A stretch of DNA of 19,238 nt from Octopus sinensis (lineage: Eukaryota), in contig NW_021824267.1 in the NCBI RefSeq assembly GCF_006345805.1, positions 1 through 19,238 of the forward strand, read 5' to 3'. Of the stretch, positions 8,548 to 18,077 are shown piece after piece. Positions within the stretch are counted from its first letter, which is position 1, and each line of letters opens with the position of its first letter. A program made the position numbers and the translations under genes. The notes under the pieces were generated by a model, which ran no database searches, was not told the origin of the DNA, and saw only the letters and a list, made by a program, of their open reading frames with translations.

Positions 8548-8860
8548 GGCGTGGCTGTGTGGTAGGAAGTTTGGTTCCCAACCACACGGTTCCGGGTTCA
8601 GTTTCATTGCGTGGCACCGATAATGCCTTCTGTTCTACTATTGCCTCGGGCCAACAAAGGCTTTGGGAATGGATTTGGTGGACAGAAACTGAAAGAAGCC
8701 TGTCGTATGGGTGGCATATAGGCGTAGAAGTGGCTGTGTGGTAAGTAGCTTGCTTACCAACCACATGGTTCCGGGTTCAGTCCCACATCGTGGCACCTTG
8801 GTGGTGCTCCAGCATGGTCGCAGTCAAATGACTGAAACATGTAAAAGAATAAAAGAATAG
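8548..8860 (+). mobile_element. Older SINE-A-like head followed by an internally deleted SINE A (8721-8860)
   Basis: Second head joins directly to the tail at CACCTTGG|TGGTGCTCCAGC. Confidence 0.8.
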
Positions 8861-9024
8861 GATCTTTCTTTTAGCCAGAAAAATCCGCGATGTACTGAGT
8901 GCGCGATAGGTGAACCGCGATATGCATGTACAAACATATATATATTCATATATTCATATCCTCCACCCTGATACAAACACAGTATTTACATCGAACTTCT
9001 AATTCAGTTGTAGAACAGATTCAG

Positions 9025-9147
9025 TGAATGAAAGGATGGAAACCAAAGTTGACCTTGGTAGGATTTGAACTCAGAGCGTAGAGGGTCGCAACAAATACCG
9101 CGATGTTCCTCTGTCCAACGTCCAAACGACTCAGCCAATTCACCGCA
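9025..9147 (-). mobile_element. Degenerate SINE family B fragment
   Basis: gaaaggatggaaaccaaagttgaccttggtaggatttgaactcag resembles the reverse-complement family B core. Confidence 0.65.
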
Positions 9148-9354
9148 TATTCGTTTACCATACGTATGTGTGTGTATCTTTGTGTGCGTGTGTGGGGTAT
9201 TTGGGTGCATGTATGTATGTATGTATGTATGTATGTATGTATGTATGCGTGTATGTGTGGGTTCATGCATGTCTGTATGTGTGCGTATGTGTGCAGATGC
9301 ATATATTTGTGTGTATGTTCTATGACGTGTCACGTACGTAAATTCACTCTTTTT

Positions 9355-9545
9355 CAATTCAATTTTTATTGGCTCAAAAAGCAAAAGCAAGGCCATGTAG
9401 GGAGACAGGGAGTTATGTACAGGGAGGGTGGTCATGCAAAGAGTTCAGGCCATTTCTGGTCAAGAGAGACTTTGAACCGAGCGGTCGTCGGCATCTTCAC
9501 TATCTCGTCGGCATCTTCACTATCTCGTCGGCATCTTCACTATCT
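9355..9545 (-). mobile_element. 5'-truncated copy of the same CR1-like LINE 3' end
   Basis: Minus strand encodes DEIVKMPTTARFKVSLDQKWPELFA-stop and carries the uninterrupted 3' UTR. 3 x 20-bp repeat at its 5' junction. Confidence 0.85.
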
Positions 9546-9679
9546 CTTCATCTCTATATGTAATGTTATCAAACAAGGAGGCGTACTTGCCAGGCAAAGT
9601 GATTTGATCAGAGACAGTGTGTTGGAAGCAAAAAATGATTGCGACGTGATAGACACATGCTATTCATTCAGGAAGACAC

Positions 9680-9790
9680 CGATAAATACGATAAACAAGT
9701 ACTGGGGTTGATTTGTTCAACTAAAACCCTTCAAAGCGGTGCTCAAGCATGGACGCAGTCCAATGATTGAAACAAGTATGAGATAAAAAG
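9680..9790 (+). mobile_element. Old SINE family A-like 3' tail fragment
   Basis: aagtactggggttgatttg...gcggtgctcaagcatggacgcagtc...gaaacaagt. Confidence 0.7.
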
Positions 9791-9815
9791 ATTAACGTAA
9801 TATACTCGCAACACA

Positions 9816-10757
9816 TTTTCGGTTTGAACGGCAGTTTTTTCTAGCGGTGTTATATGAAATTGTCACCCATAATTATGACCCTAGTATCGATCTATTGCAT
9901 TTCAATCTGTTTTAGGGTTAGGATTAGGGTTAGGGGTGGGGGGAAGGGTATAGTTTTTTTCTTCACAAATGTAAATAAACCTAATCTGTTTCTTAAACGC
10001 GGGACATATTCATACGGCACAGAATGTTTTTTTTTACCTCAATGGACGTCATTGATTGGTTAAAATTACAGAAATTGAAGAAAAAACAACAAAAACCATA
10101 GAATTTTCTCAATAAAGCCAAGAGAGAAAAGATGTTTTATAAACACATTCTACCAGTATACGAAGTTTAGATGTGTTTAGTTACGTGGAAATTATGTTAA
10201 AATACCTCAATGGACGTCATTGATTGGTTGAAATTGCAGAAATTGAAGTAAAAACAACAAATATCTTACAAACCATAGAATTTTCTCAATAAAGCCAAGA
10301 GAGAAAAGATGTTTTATAAACACATTCTACCAGTATACGAAGTTTAGATGTGTTTAGTTACGTGGAAATTATGTTAAAATACCTCAATAGACGTCATTGA
10401 TTGGTTGAAATTGCAGAAATTGAAGTAAAAACAACAAATATCTTACAAACCATAGAATTTTCTCAATAAAGCCAAGAGAGAAAAGATGTTTTATAAACAC
10501 ATTCTACCAGTATACGAAGTTTAGATGTGTTTAGTTACGTGGAAATTATGTTAAAATACCTCAATGGACGTCATTGATTGGTTGAAATTGCAGAAATTGA
10601 AGTAAAAACAACAAATAACTTACAAGTCATAGAATTTTCTCAATAAAGCCAAGAGAAAAAGATGTTTTATAAACACATTCTACCAGTATACGAAGTTTAA
10701 AAGTGTTTAGTTACGTGGAAATTATGTTAAAAACTGCCGTTCAAACCGAAAAGACCC
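9816..10757 (+). mobile_element. Non-autonomous TIR element (MITE-like, superfamily unassigned) with internal tandem array
   Basis: Perfect 24-bp inverted repeats at 9816-9839 and 10729-10752 (TTTTCGGTTTGAACGGCAGTTTTT). TTAGGG-like tract at 9912-9947. Second partial copy at 15220-15434. Confidence 0.85.
10036..10732. repeat. Four tandem copies of a 177-bp unit
   Basis: ACCTCAAT starts at 10036, 10204, 10381 and 10558 (periods 168, 177, 177). Confidence 0.95.
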
Positions 10758-11296
10758 TACTCGTCATCTCAAGCGAAACTCCGGAAAATTTTCATTGAAA
10801 AATGATAAATTTTTAAGGAAGTCATGAGGGAAACAAAAACGTGGGAAGACGTACTCTTCTGTTGGTGGTTCTGCTGCCTAAAAGTCGAGTCGAACCCAGC
10901 TGAGATCTGAATTCATAATCAGAACGTAAAAGGAAGAAGAGAACTAAACAGGGCGGTGCGGGGCAGTTACACTGTGAGGCTCAATAATTTCTGTCGTTCC
11001 GTCCTATCATCTGTAAATCTTCTTCACATCAACATTTTTTAAAAAACTCCACTGACATTTTTTGTTTTTCTCACGGTAAACTTCCTTCACGCAAAAAAGA
11101 ATAAAGGATTTCTTTTTTTATTTTTTTTTTCCTTTTTGATTTGAAGAAAACAGACGATACGGAGGCCTCGTTTTGATTCTCATTTGATGAAGACGCTTCA
11201 AACACCGCTTTATACTTCCGGGAACGTTATGACTATCACGCTCGCCCTAATAACTCCTCTGAACCGTTGTGCTTAGTGGAGTGTGTAGTGCGCTAA

Positions 11297-11342
11297 AGTA
11301 AGTAGTAGTAGTAGTAGTAGTAGTAGTAATAGTAGTAGTAGT
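11297..11342. repeat. (AGT)n microsatellite
   Basis: Direct reading. Confidence 0.9.
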
Positions 11343-11344
11343 TC

Positions 11345-11730
11345 CAGTTCCGCCGAGGTTTTAACTTTGTCGTTTATCCCTCTGGGGTTGATAAAATAAA
11401 GTACAACTGTAGATGTATCGACTAAGCACCATCTCCATCTTCTCGAAATTGCTCATCTTGTGCATTAACAGTTACGTATTATTCCTGATCTCTCCAGGGC
11501 GGCGAGCTGCCAGAATCGTTAGAACATCGGAGAAAAAAGAAAAAAAAAAAAAGAAACAAAAAATTATTTTATGACATTTACATTCCGGCGTTTTACATTC
11601 CGAGTTCTAATCCGACTGAGTTCCATCGCTCAGGACGTAGACAGATCAAAGTGTCACTCATGCACTGCAGTCGATGTAATCGTCTAATGTCCTCTTTCTT
11701 AATATTACTGACTTGGCACTAAAGCCTGAA
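11345..11730 (+). mobile_element. Two degenerate SINE family B-like copies
   Basis: ttccgccgaggttttaactttg...ggggttgataaaataaagtac at about 11349, and ggcggcgagctgccagaatcgttag at about 11499. Confidence 0.65.
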
Positions 11731-11756
11731 ACCATTATCATTATAGAACACCCAAA

Positions 11757-12356
11757 GGCGGCGATCTGGCAGAAACGTTAGCACGCCGGGCGAAATGCGT
11801 AGCCGTATTTCGTCTGCCGCTACGTTCGGAGTTCAAAATTCCGCCGAGGTCGACTTTGCCTTTCATCCTTTCGGGGTCGATAAATTAAGTACCAGTTGCG
11901 CTCTGGGGTCGATATAATCGACTTAATCCCTTTGTCTGTCCTTGTTTGTTCCCTCTGTGTGTAACCCCTTGTGGGTAGTAAAGAAATAGAAATAGGTATT
12001 TCGGCTGCCGTTACGTTCTGAGTTCAAATTCCGACAAGGTCGACTTTGTCTTTCATCCTTTCGGGGTCGATAAATTAAGTACCAATTACGCACCGGGGTC
12101 GATATATTCGACTTAATCCGTTTGTCTGTCCTTGTTTGTCCCCTCTACGTTTAGCCCCTTGTGGGTAGTAAAGAAATAGAAATAGGTTTACGTTCTGAGT
12201 TCAAATTCCGCCGAGGTCGACTTTACCTTTCATCCTTTCAGGGTCGATAAATTAAGTACCAGTTACGCACTGGGGGTCGATGTAACCGACTTAATCCCTT
12301 TGTCTGTCCTTGTTTGACCCCTCTGTATTTAGCACCTTGTGGGCAATAAAGAAATA
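11757..12356 (+). mobile_element. SINE family B trimer: one full unit and two 5'-truncated units
   Basis: Head GGCGGCGATCTGGCAGAAACGTTAGC, box B GAGTTCAAAATTCC. Each unit ends TTGTGGG..AAAGAAATA. Units 2 and 3 start at about 11995 and 12185. Confidence 0.9.
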
Positions 12357-12489
12357 TATATTTTGGGGTCGAACGGTTAAGTCGCCGGTTGTCTCGCCTT
12401 CAAGTAAATCCATGCCTGTTTCTTGTGTTTTTTTCCCTCCCTTATTTTTGCTTTTCGACTTCGTAATGTACACCATGTCTTTGATCCAG

Positions 12490-12875
12490 GTGGCTTGGAG
12501 CGTCGGAAAAATGCCTAACGGTATTTCCTTCAACTCTTTATGCTCTGAGATCAAATTCCACTGGGGTCAACTTTGCCCCTCATCTATCTGAGATCGATAA
12601 AGTATAGGATCAGTCAATTACTGGAGCCCGTATAATGGGACAAATTGTGTCTCCCTCAACATTTTCAGGCCTTCTACCTAAATTAGAAACTCTTATTATT
12701 ATTCCAAATTTTCAGGGTCCTAGAAGGCCTTACTTCGAGCTCACGGATTTTAAGACAGTGAGCTTGAAGAATTTTAGGGCGTCGGACAACATACTTAACG
12801 GCATTTAAATCTTTACTTTCTGATTTAGAATTCTTTGGCAGTCAAACTAACATTTCGTTCTGTCGAAGTCGATAA
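12490..12875 (+). mobile_element. Old, degenerate SINE family B-like copies
   Basis: cggtatttcc...ctctgagatcaaattccactggggtcaactttgcc, and cggcattt...ttctgatttagaattc. Confidence 0.55.
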
Positions 12876-12879
12876 CAAA

Positions 12880-13422
12880 ATACCAGTTGATCCCAGTACT
12901 TATCTTAAGGTTGGCACTTATTCAATCGCTCTCTTCTGCCAAACTGCTAGGTCACAGGGACGCAAACAAAACGAACGCCAGTTGTGAAGTGGTGGGGAGA
13001 GATGGACAAACACACACACTTCTTCACTACCCACAAGGGGCTAAACACAGAGAGGACAAACAAGGACAGACAAACGGATTAAGTCGATTATATCGACCCC
13101 AGTGCGTAACTGGTTACTTAATTTATCGACCCCGAAAGGATGAAAGGCAAAGTCGACCTCGGCGGAATTTGAACTCAGAACATAGCGGCAGACGAAATAC
13201 TGCTAAGCATTTCGCCCGGCGTGCTAACGTTTCTTATTTCTTTATTGCCCACAAGGGGCTAAACACAGAGGGGACAAACAGGGACAGACAAAGCGATTAA
13301 GTCAATTACATCAACCCCAGTGCGTAACTGATACTTAATTTATCGACCCCGAAAGGATGGAAAGCAAAGTAGACCTCGGCGGAAATTGAACTCAGAACTT
13401 AACGGCAGACGAAATACCTATT

Positions 13423-13461
<39 letters not shown>

Positions 13462-13630
13462 GTACGACGAACTTCCATGCAGTTTTCATCTGTCAAATTC
13501 GCTCATAAAGCATTGGTCTTCTCGGGGTTTATAACAGAAGACATTTTGCACCAAGTTGCCACGCGGTGGAACTGAACCGGAAATCACTTGGTTGCGAGGC
13601 GGGCTTCATAACCGCACAGCCATACTCGCG
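12880..13630 (-). mobile_element. Old SINE family A-like copy split by a nested family B dimer
   Basis: Head at about 13467-13630 and 3' half at about 12880-13020, both minus strand and diverged. Confidence 0.6.
13021..13424 (-). mobile_element. SINE family B dimer
   Basis: Two tandem reverse-complement units homologous to 11757-12356. Confidence 0.9.
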
Positions 13631-13819
13631 CCCGTTTGTATTTATTTATATTTAGGTGTGTCTTCTAATGCGATAAGTGTTTTATATTCTCCTTTATGAG
13701 TTTCCATTGAAGTCCTTCTTTGCGTTCGTATGGAAAGCCATAAACGCGGCTGTGTGTGTATATAATATAAACAAGGTCGTTGAAATGTATATACGAAGAA
13801 AAACCGATCTCCACACCTA

Positions 13820-14255
13820 CATGTGTGCGTGTGTGTCTGAATACGTGTGTGTGTGTACATGTGAGTGTGTGCGTGCGAGCATGTGTGTGTGTTTTTGTGT
13901 GCATGTGTGTGTTTGTGCATGTGTGTGCGTCCATGTGCATGTGTATGTGTACATGTGTGTGAATGTGTGCGTGTATATGTGTGTGTATATGTGTGTGTGT
14001 ATGTGTGTGTGTGTATGTGCGCGCGCGCGCGTGTGTATGTGTGTGTATATGTGTGTGTATATGTGTGTGTATATGTGTGTGTATATGTGTGTGTGTATGT
14101 GTGTGTGTATGTGCGCGCGCGCGTGTGTGTGTGTATGTGTATGCGTGTGTGTGTGTGGTGGGTGTGTGTGAATGTGTACGTGTATATGTGTGTGTATATG
14201 TGTGTGTGTATATGTGTGTATGTGTGTGTGTGTGTGTGTGTGTTTATGTGTGTAT
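13820..14255. repeat. Compound (GT)n / GTAT / GC microsatellite
   Basis: Direct reading; contains repeated gtgtatatgt modules and two (GC)n patches. Confidence 0.95.
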
Positions 14256-14356
14256 GATTGATGTTTCCTATTACAACGAATTTTTTTTTTGTTGAAATAT
14301 ATGTGAAACGGAAAAACCAAAATCAAAATACGATTAAAGTCCTGTTTATTGTTCTT

Positions 14357-14767
14357 ACATCATAATCATCATCATCTTCATCACCATCCCCTTCATCATC
14401 ATCATCATCCTCCTCTTCATCATCATCTTCATCATCATCATCCCCTTCATCATCATCATCATCCTCCTCTTCATCATCATCTTCATCTTCATCATCATCA
14501 TCATCATCATTATCATCATTATCATCATCCTCTTCATCATCATCATCATCATCATCCTCTTCATCATCATCATCATCATCTTCATCATCATTATCATCAT
14601 CCTCTTCATCATCATCATCATCATCTTCATCATTATCATCATCACCATCATCACCATCATTATCATCATCACCATCATCACCATCGTCATCATCATCATC
14701 ATCATCATCATCACCATCATCATCAACAACAACAACAACAACTACAAAATCAACAATAGCAGCAGCA
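14357..14767. repeat. Compound (CAT)n tract with CTT/CCT variants, followed by (CAA)n/(CAG)n
   Basis: Direct reading; source of the poly-His and poly-Met ORFs. Confidence 0.95.
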
Positions 14768-14776
14768 ACTGCCGCA

Positions 14777-14965
14777 GTGGAGGAGCAAGGGCCCAGTAGT
14801 TAGGGCAGCGGACTCGCGGTCGTAAGAACGCGGTTTCGATTCCCAGACCGGGCATTGTGAGTGTTTATTGAGCAAAACCACCTAAGTTCCACAAGTCTCC
14901 GGCGGTGGGGGTATGTGAACCCCGTTGTACTCTTTCACCACAACTTTCTCTTACTTTCTTCCTAC
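14777..14965 (+). mobile_element. SINE family C head with a different 3' part
   Basis: GTGGAGGAGCAAGGGCCCAGTAGTTAGGGCAGCGGACTCGCGGTC...GGTTTCGATTCCCAGACCGGGC is homologous to the heads at 6281 and 6610. Confidence 0.8.
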
Positions 14966-15219
14966 TTCTGCCACAACGCAGAGGAACCATAGTGTAATCC
15001 ACACTATGGTGTGGTAAACTTACAGACCCTAATCTAGATTGCGAATCCTCTGTACCCCAGGATGGTTCAGCTCTCCACCCGTTAAAAGCCACCGTTTTCG
15101 GAATGAGGATAACAACGTAGCTTTCACGCCCGTGCATCCGCCAGTCTATCGCGTGTGGTGGGTGGATCTTCAAGTTGCCACACGCATTCTTAGTAGCTTA
15201 GAGTAGGCTCGAATGAGTT

Positions 15220-15434
15220 AAAAAGCATTCTGTGCCGTATGAATATGTCCCTCGTTTAAGAAACAGATTGGGTTTATTTACATTTGTGAAGAAAAAAAGA
15301 TACCCTTTCCCCCACCCTTAACCCTAACCCTAAAACAGATTGAACTGCAATAGATCGATACTAGGGTCATAATTATGGGTGACAATTTCATATGACACCG
15401 CTAGAAAAAACTGCCGTTCAAATCGAAAAGATCC
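15220..15434 (-). mobile_element. Partial copy (one end) of the 9816-10757 TIR element
   Basis: Reverse complement of about 9816-10030; terminus ...GAAAAGATCC followed by (TA)n. Confidence 0.9.
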
Positions 15435-15631
15435 TATATATATATATAACTATCTGATGAAGTTACATGAAACTTCAGGTTTGTTTCAGTTTTAATAAAA
15501 CAGTAATTTACTTCACCTTTGGTTTTCGAGTACTATTTTTACCACATTCTTTTGTATCTCTGTGCTTCCTTGAGTGTGTGTGTGTGTGTGTGTAACTGAG
15601 TGTGTTTGCTCTTCGCACACCACTTGGCAAT

Positions 15632-15701
15632 CAGACAGACAAACAGACAGATAAAGAGACAGAGAGATTGTTCGATAGATAGACAGACAGACAAGTGATA
15701 A

Positions 15702-15737
<36 letters not shown>

Positions 15738-15750
15738 ATAGATAGATAAG
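15632..15750. repeat. (GACA)/(GATA) tetranucleotide repeat
   Basis: Direct reading. Confidence 0.9.
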
Positions 15751-16102
15751 TTGGTAGGTTTGTGAATGAGAGGATGGTTGGAAGACGAGTAACAACAGCA
15801 GCAGCAGCAGTAGTAGTAGTAGTAGTAGCAGTGGCAGCCGGAGGAGCGACAAAAAGAAGATAAATATCACAAGCTCCAAGACGATAACGCTCTCAGGACC
15901 ATCCAAGCGAATGAGGACGTGTCAGACTGGCTGTGCTCTGCCGTTGACGTCGTCTCCTTTCCACTGTCTCTGCTAAACTCATTACACGCCGGTGACCTTC
16001 ACACATTTTGATGAGGCCTGGTGTTTATTGCTTTTTGATAGGTCTTCGGTACGGTTGGTTTAACTGACCGGACCACTCGCAAACCGGTTGAGGAAAAGAA
16101 GA

Positions 16103-16124
16103 GATAGATGGATACATTGATCCC

Positions 16125-16161
<37 letters not shown>

Positions 16162-16162
16162 G

Positions 16163-16196
<34 letters not shown>

Positions 16197-16300
16197 ATAG
16201 ATAGATAGATGGATCAATAGATAGATAGATAGATAGATAGATGGATCAATAAATAGATAGATAGATAGAGAGATAGAGAGAGAGAGATAGACAGATAGGC

Positions 16301-16334
<34 letters not shown>

Positions 16335-16360
16335 GAAATAGATAGATAGATAGATAGACA
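16103..16360. repeat. (GATA)n/(GA)n compound repeat
   Basis: Direct reading. Confidence 0.95.
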
Positions 16361-16683
16361 GGACTTATTCTTTGTAAGCCTAGTACTTATTCTATCGGTT
16401 TCTTTTGCCGAACCGCTAAGTTACGGGGACGTAAAGACACCAGCATCGGTTGTCAAGCGATGTTGGGTGGAACAAACATAGACACACAAACACACACATA
16501 TATATACATATACATATATATGACAGGCTTCTTTCAGTTTCCGTCTATCAAATTCAGTCACAAGGCTTTGGTTGGCCCGAGGTTATAGGAGAAGACACTT
16601 GCCCAAGGTGTCACGCAGTGGGACTGAACCCGGAACCATGTGGCTGGAAAGCAAGCTACTTACCACACAGCCACTCCTACGCC
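16361..16683 (-). mobile_element. SINE family A lacking the 3' tail
   Basis: Reverse complement of head and body, homologous to 4515-4983. Confidence 0.9.
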
Positions 16684-16687
16684 TAAA

Positions 16688-16877
16688 TGGCGGTATTTCG
16701 TTTGCCGTTACGTTCTGAGTTCAAATTCCGTCGAGGTCGACTTTGCCTTTCATCCTTTCGGGGTCAATAAATAAAAGTACCTGTTTCGCACTGGGGTCGG
16801 TGTAATCGACTTATTCCGTTTGTCTGTCCTTGTTTGTCCCCTCTATATTTAGCCCCTTGTGGGCAGTAAAGAAATAT
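16688..16877 (+). mobile_element. 5'-truncated SINE family B
   Basis: ggcggtatttcgtttgccgttacgttctgagttcaaattcc...ttgtgggcagtaaagaaata. Confidence 0.9.
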
Positions 16878-16940
16878 ATATATATTTAAATGATAAACTT
16901 CTGGAAAGTTTTACATATTTTTACAGTTATTTTTACAGTG

Positions 16941-16941
<1 letters not shown>

Positions 16942-16971
<30 letters not shown>

Positions 16972-17232
16972 TGTATGTATGTATGTATGTATGTATGCAT
17001 GCATGCATGTATGTATGTATGCATGCATGTATGTATGTATGTATGTATGTATGTATGTATGTATGTATGTATGTATGCATGCATGCATGCATGTATGTAT
17101 GTATGTATGTATGCATGCATGTATGTATGTATGTATGTATGTATGTATGTATGTATGTATGCATGCATGTATGTATGTATGTATGTATGCATGTATGTAT
17201 GTATGTATGTATGTATGTATGCATGTATGTAT
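16942..17232. repeat. (ATGT)n/(ATGC)n tetranucleotide repeat
   Basis: Direct reading; source of the MYVC and HTYI ORFs. Confidence 0.95.
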
Positions 17233-17334
17233 GGATGAATGGATGTTTAGTTATACAGAAATATATACAAACAATAATGGTACCTACAGCATGGTGTCAA
17301 GTCTCCAATGGCTGTAACTAGAAAAAAAGAAAAC

Positions 17335-17401
17335 ACACGCACACACACACACACACATACACACACACACACACACGCACACACACACACAGCACACACA
17401 C

Positions 17402-17438
<37 letters not shown>

Positions 17439-17468
17439 ACACGCACAAACACATACATACACACACAC
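17335..17468. repeat. (AC)n microsatellite
   Basis: Direct reading. Confidence 0.95.
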
Positions 17469-17797
17469 GTACGCACTAACAAGTATGTGTTTCTCTAAGT
17501 GTTACTGCTTGTTGTATTGGTTCGCATAGTTTATTGCCCACGATAAAAAATACCAGCGGAAGTCTGAAAAACCTGTCCGGTGTACTTCACAGCTTATATT
17601 TATGGGGGATGGCGATGATAGTCATGGCGATGGTGGTGATGGTCGCGGTTGGAGCTGATGGCGTGGAGACAGCGATGACGGCCGGTATACGGGGTTTTGT
17701 TGATGCTGGTGGTGCTGGTGGTGATGAGGTTGTTGAAGCGAATGTTGAAGTGTGTCGTGGCACAAATCGTTGTGGCAGTAGTTAGTGTAAGCAAGCA

Positions 17798-18077
17798 GTG
17801 GTGATAGTAGTGGCGGCAGTGTGGGAGGTGGTTGCACTCCTGTGAAGAAGGTGGTGGTGATAGTAGTGGCGGCAGTGTGGGAGGTGGTTGCACTCCTGTG
17901 AAGAAGGTGGTGGTGATAGTAGTGGCGGCAGTGTGGGAGGTGGTTGCACTCCTGTGAAGAAGGTGGTGGTGATAGTAGTGGCGGCAGTGTGGGAGGTGGT
18001 TGCACTCCTGTGAAGAAGGTGGTGGTGATAGTAGTGGCGGCAGTGTGGGAGGTGGTTGCACTCCTGTGAAGAAGGTG
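17798..18077. repeat. 56-bp minisatellite, 5 identical copies
   Basis: Unit gtggtgatagtagtggcggcagtgtgggaggtggttgcactcctgtgaagaaggtg; GTTGCAC starts at 17831, 17887, 17943, 17999 and 18055. Confidence 0.95.

Noticed and set aside
8884-8923. Three CGCGAT motifs resembling a pogo/Tigger MITE end
   Set aside because: No partner TIR or TSD found in the window.
9912-9947. TTAGGG tract as evidence of a chromosome end
   Set aside because: Only a few degenerate units, internal to a TIR element and present in its second copy.
10036-10732. 177-bp array (and the 56-bp array) as CRISPR
   Set aside because: No unique spacers, no cas genes, eukaryotic context.
11145-11303. Possible plus-strand exon (pyrimidine tract-AG to GTAAGT)
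   Set aside because: All three frames hit a stop before the donor, and the donor is the start of an (AGT)n repeat.
13642-14326. Cys/Val-rich and His/Thr-rich ORFs here and at 4535-4928, 8170-8764, 9004-9711 and 16859-17529
   Set aside because: Dinucleotide and tetranucleotide repeats and SINE sequence lacking stop codons.
14349-14759. Poly-His and poly-Met ORFs as a metal-binding protein
   Set aside because: Pure (CAT)n microsatellite with no unique sequence or convincing splice context.
15631-15906. ORF with a signal-peptide-like hydrophobic N-terminus
   Set aside because: Poly-Leu comes from (CTA/CTG)n and the C-terminus from (GACA)n; no usable splice donor seen.
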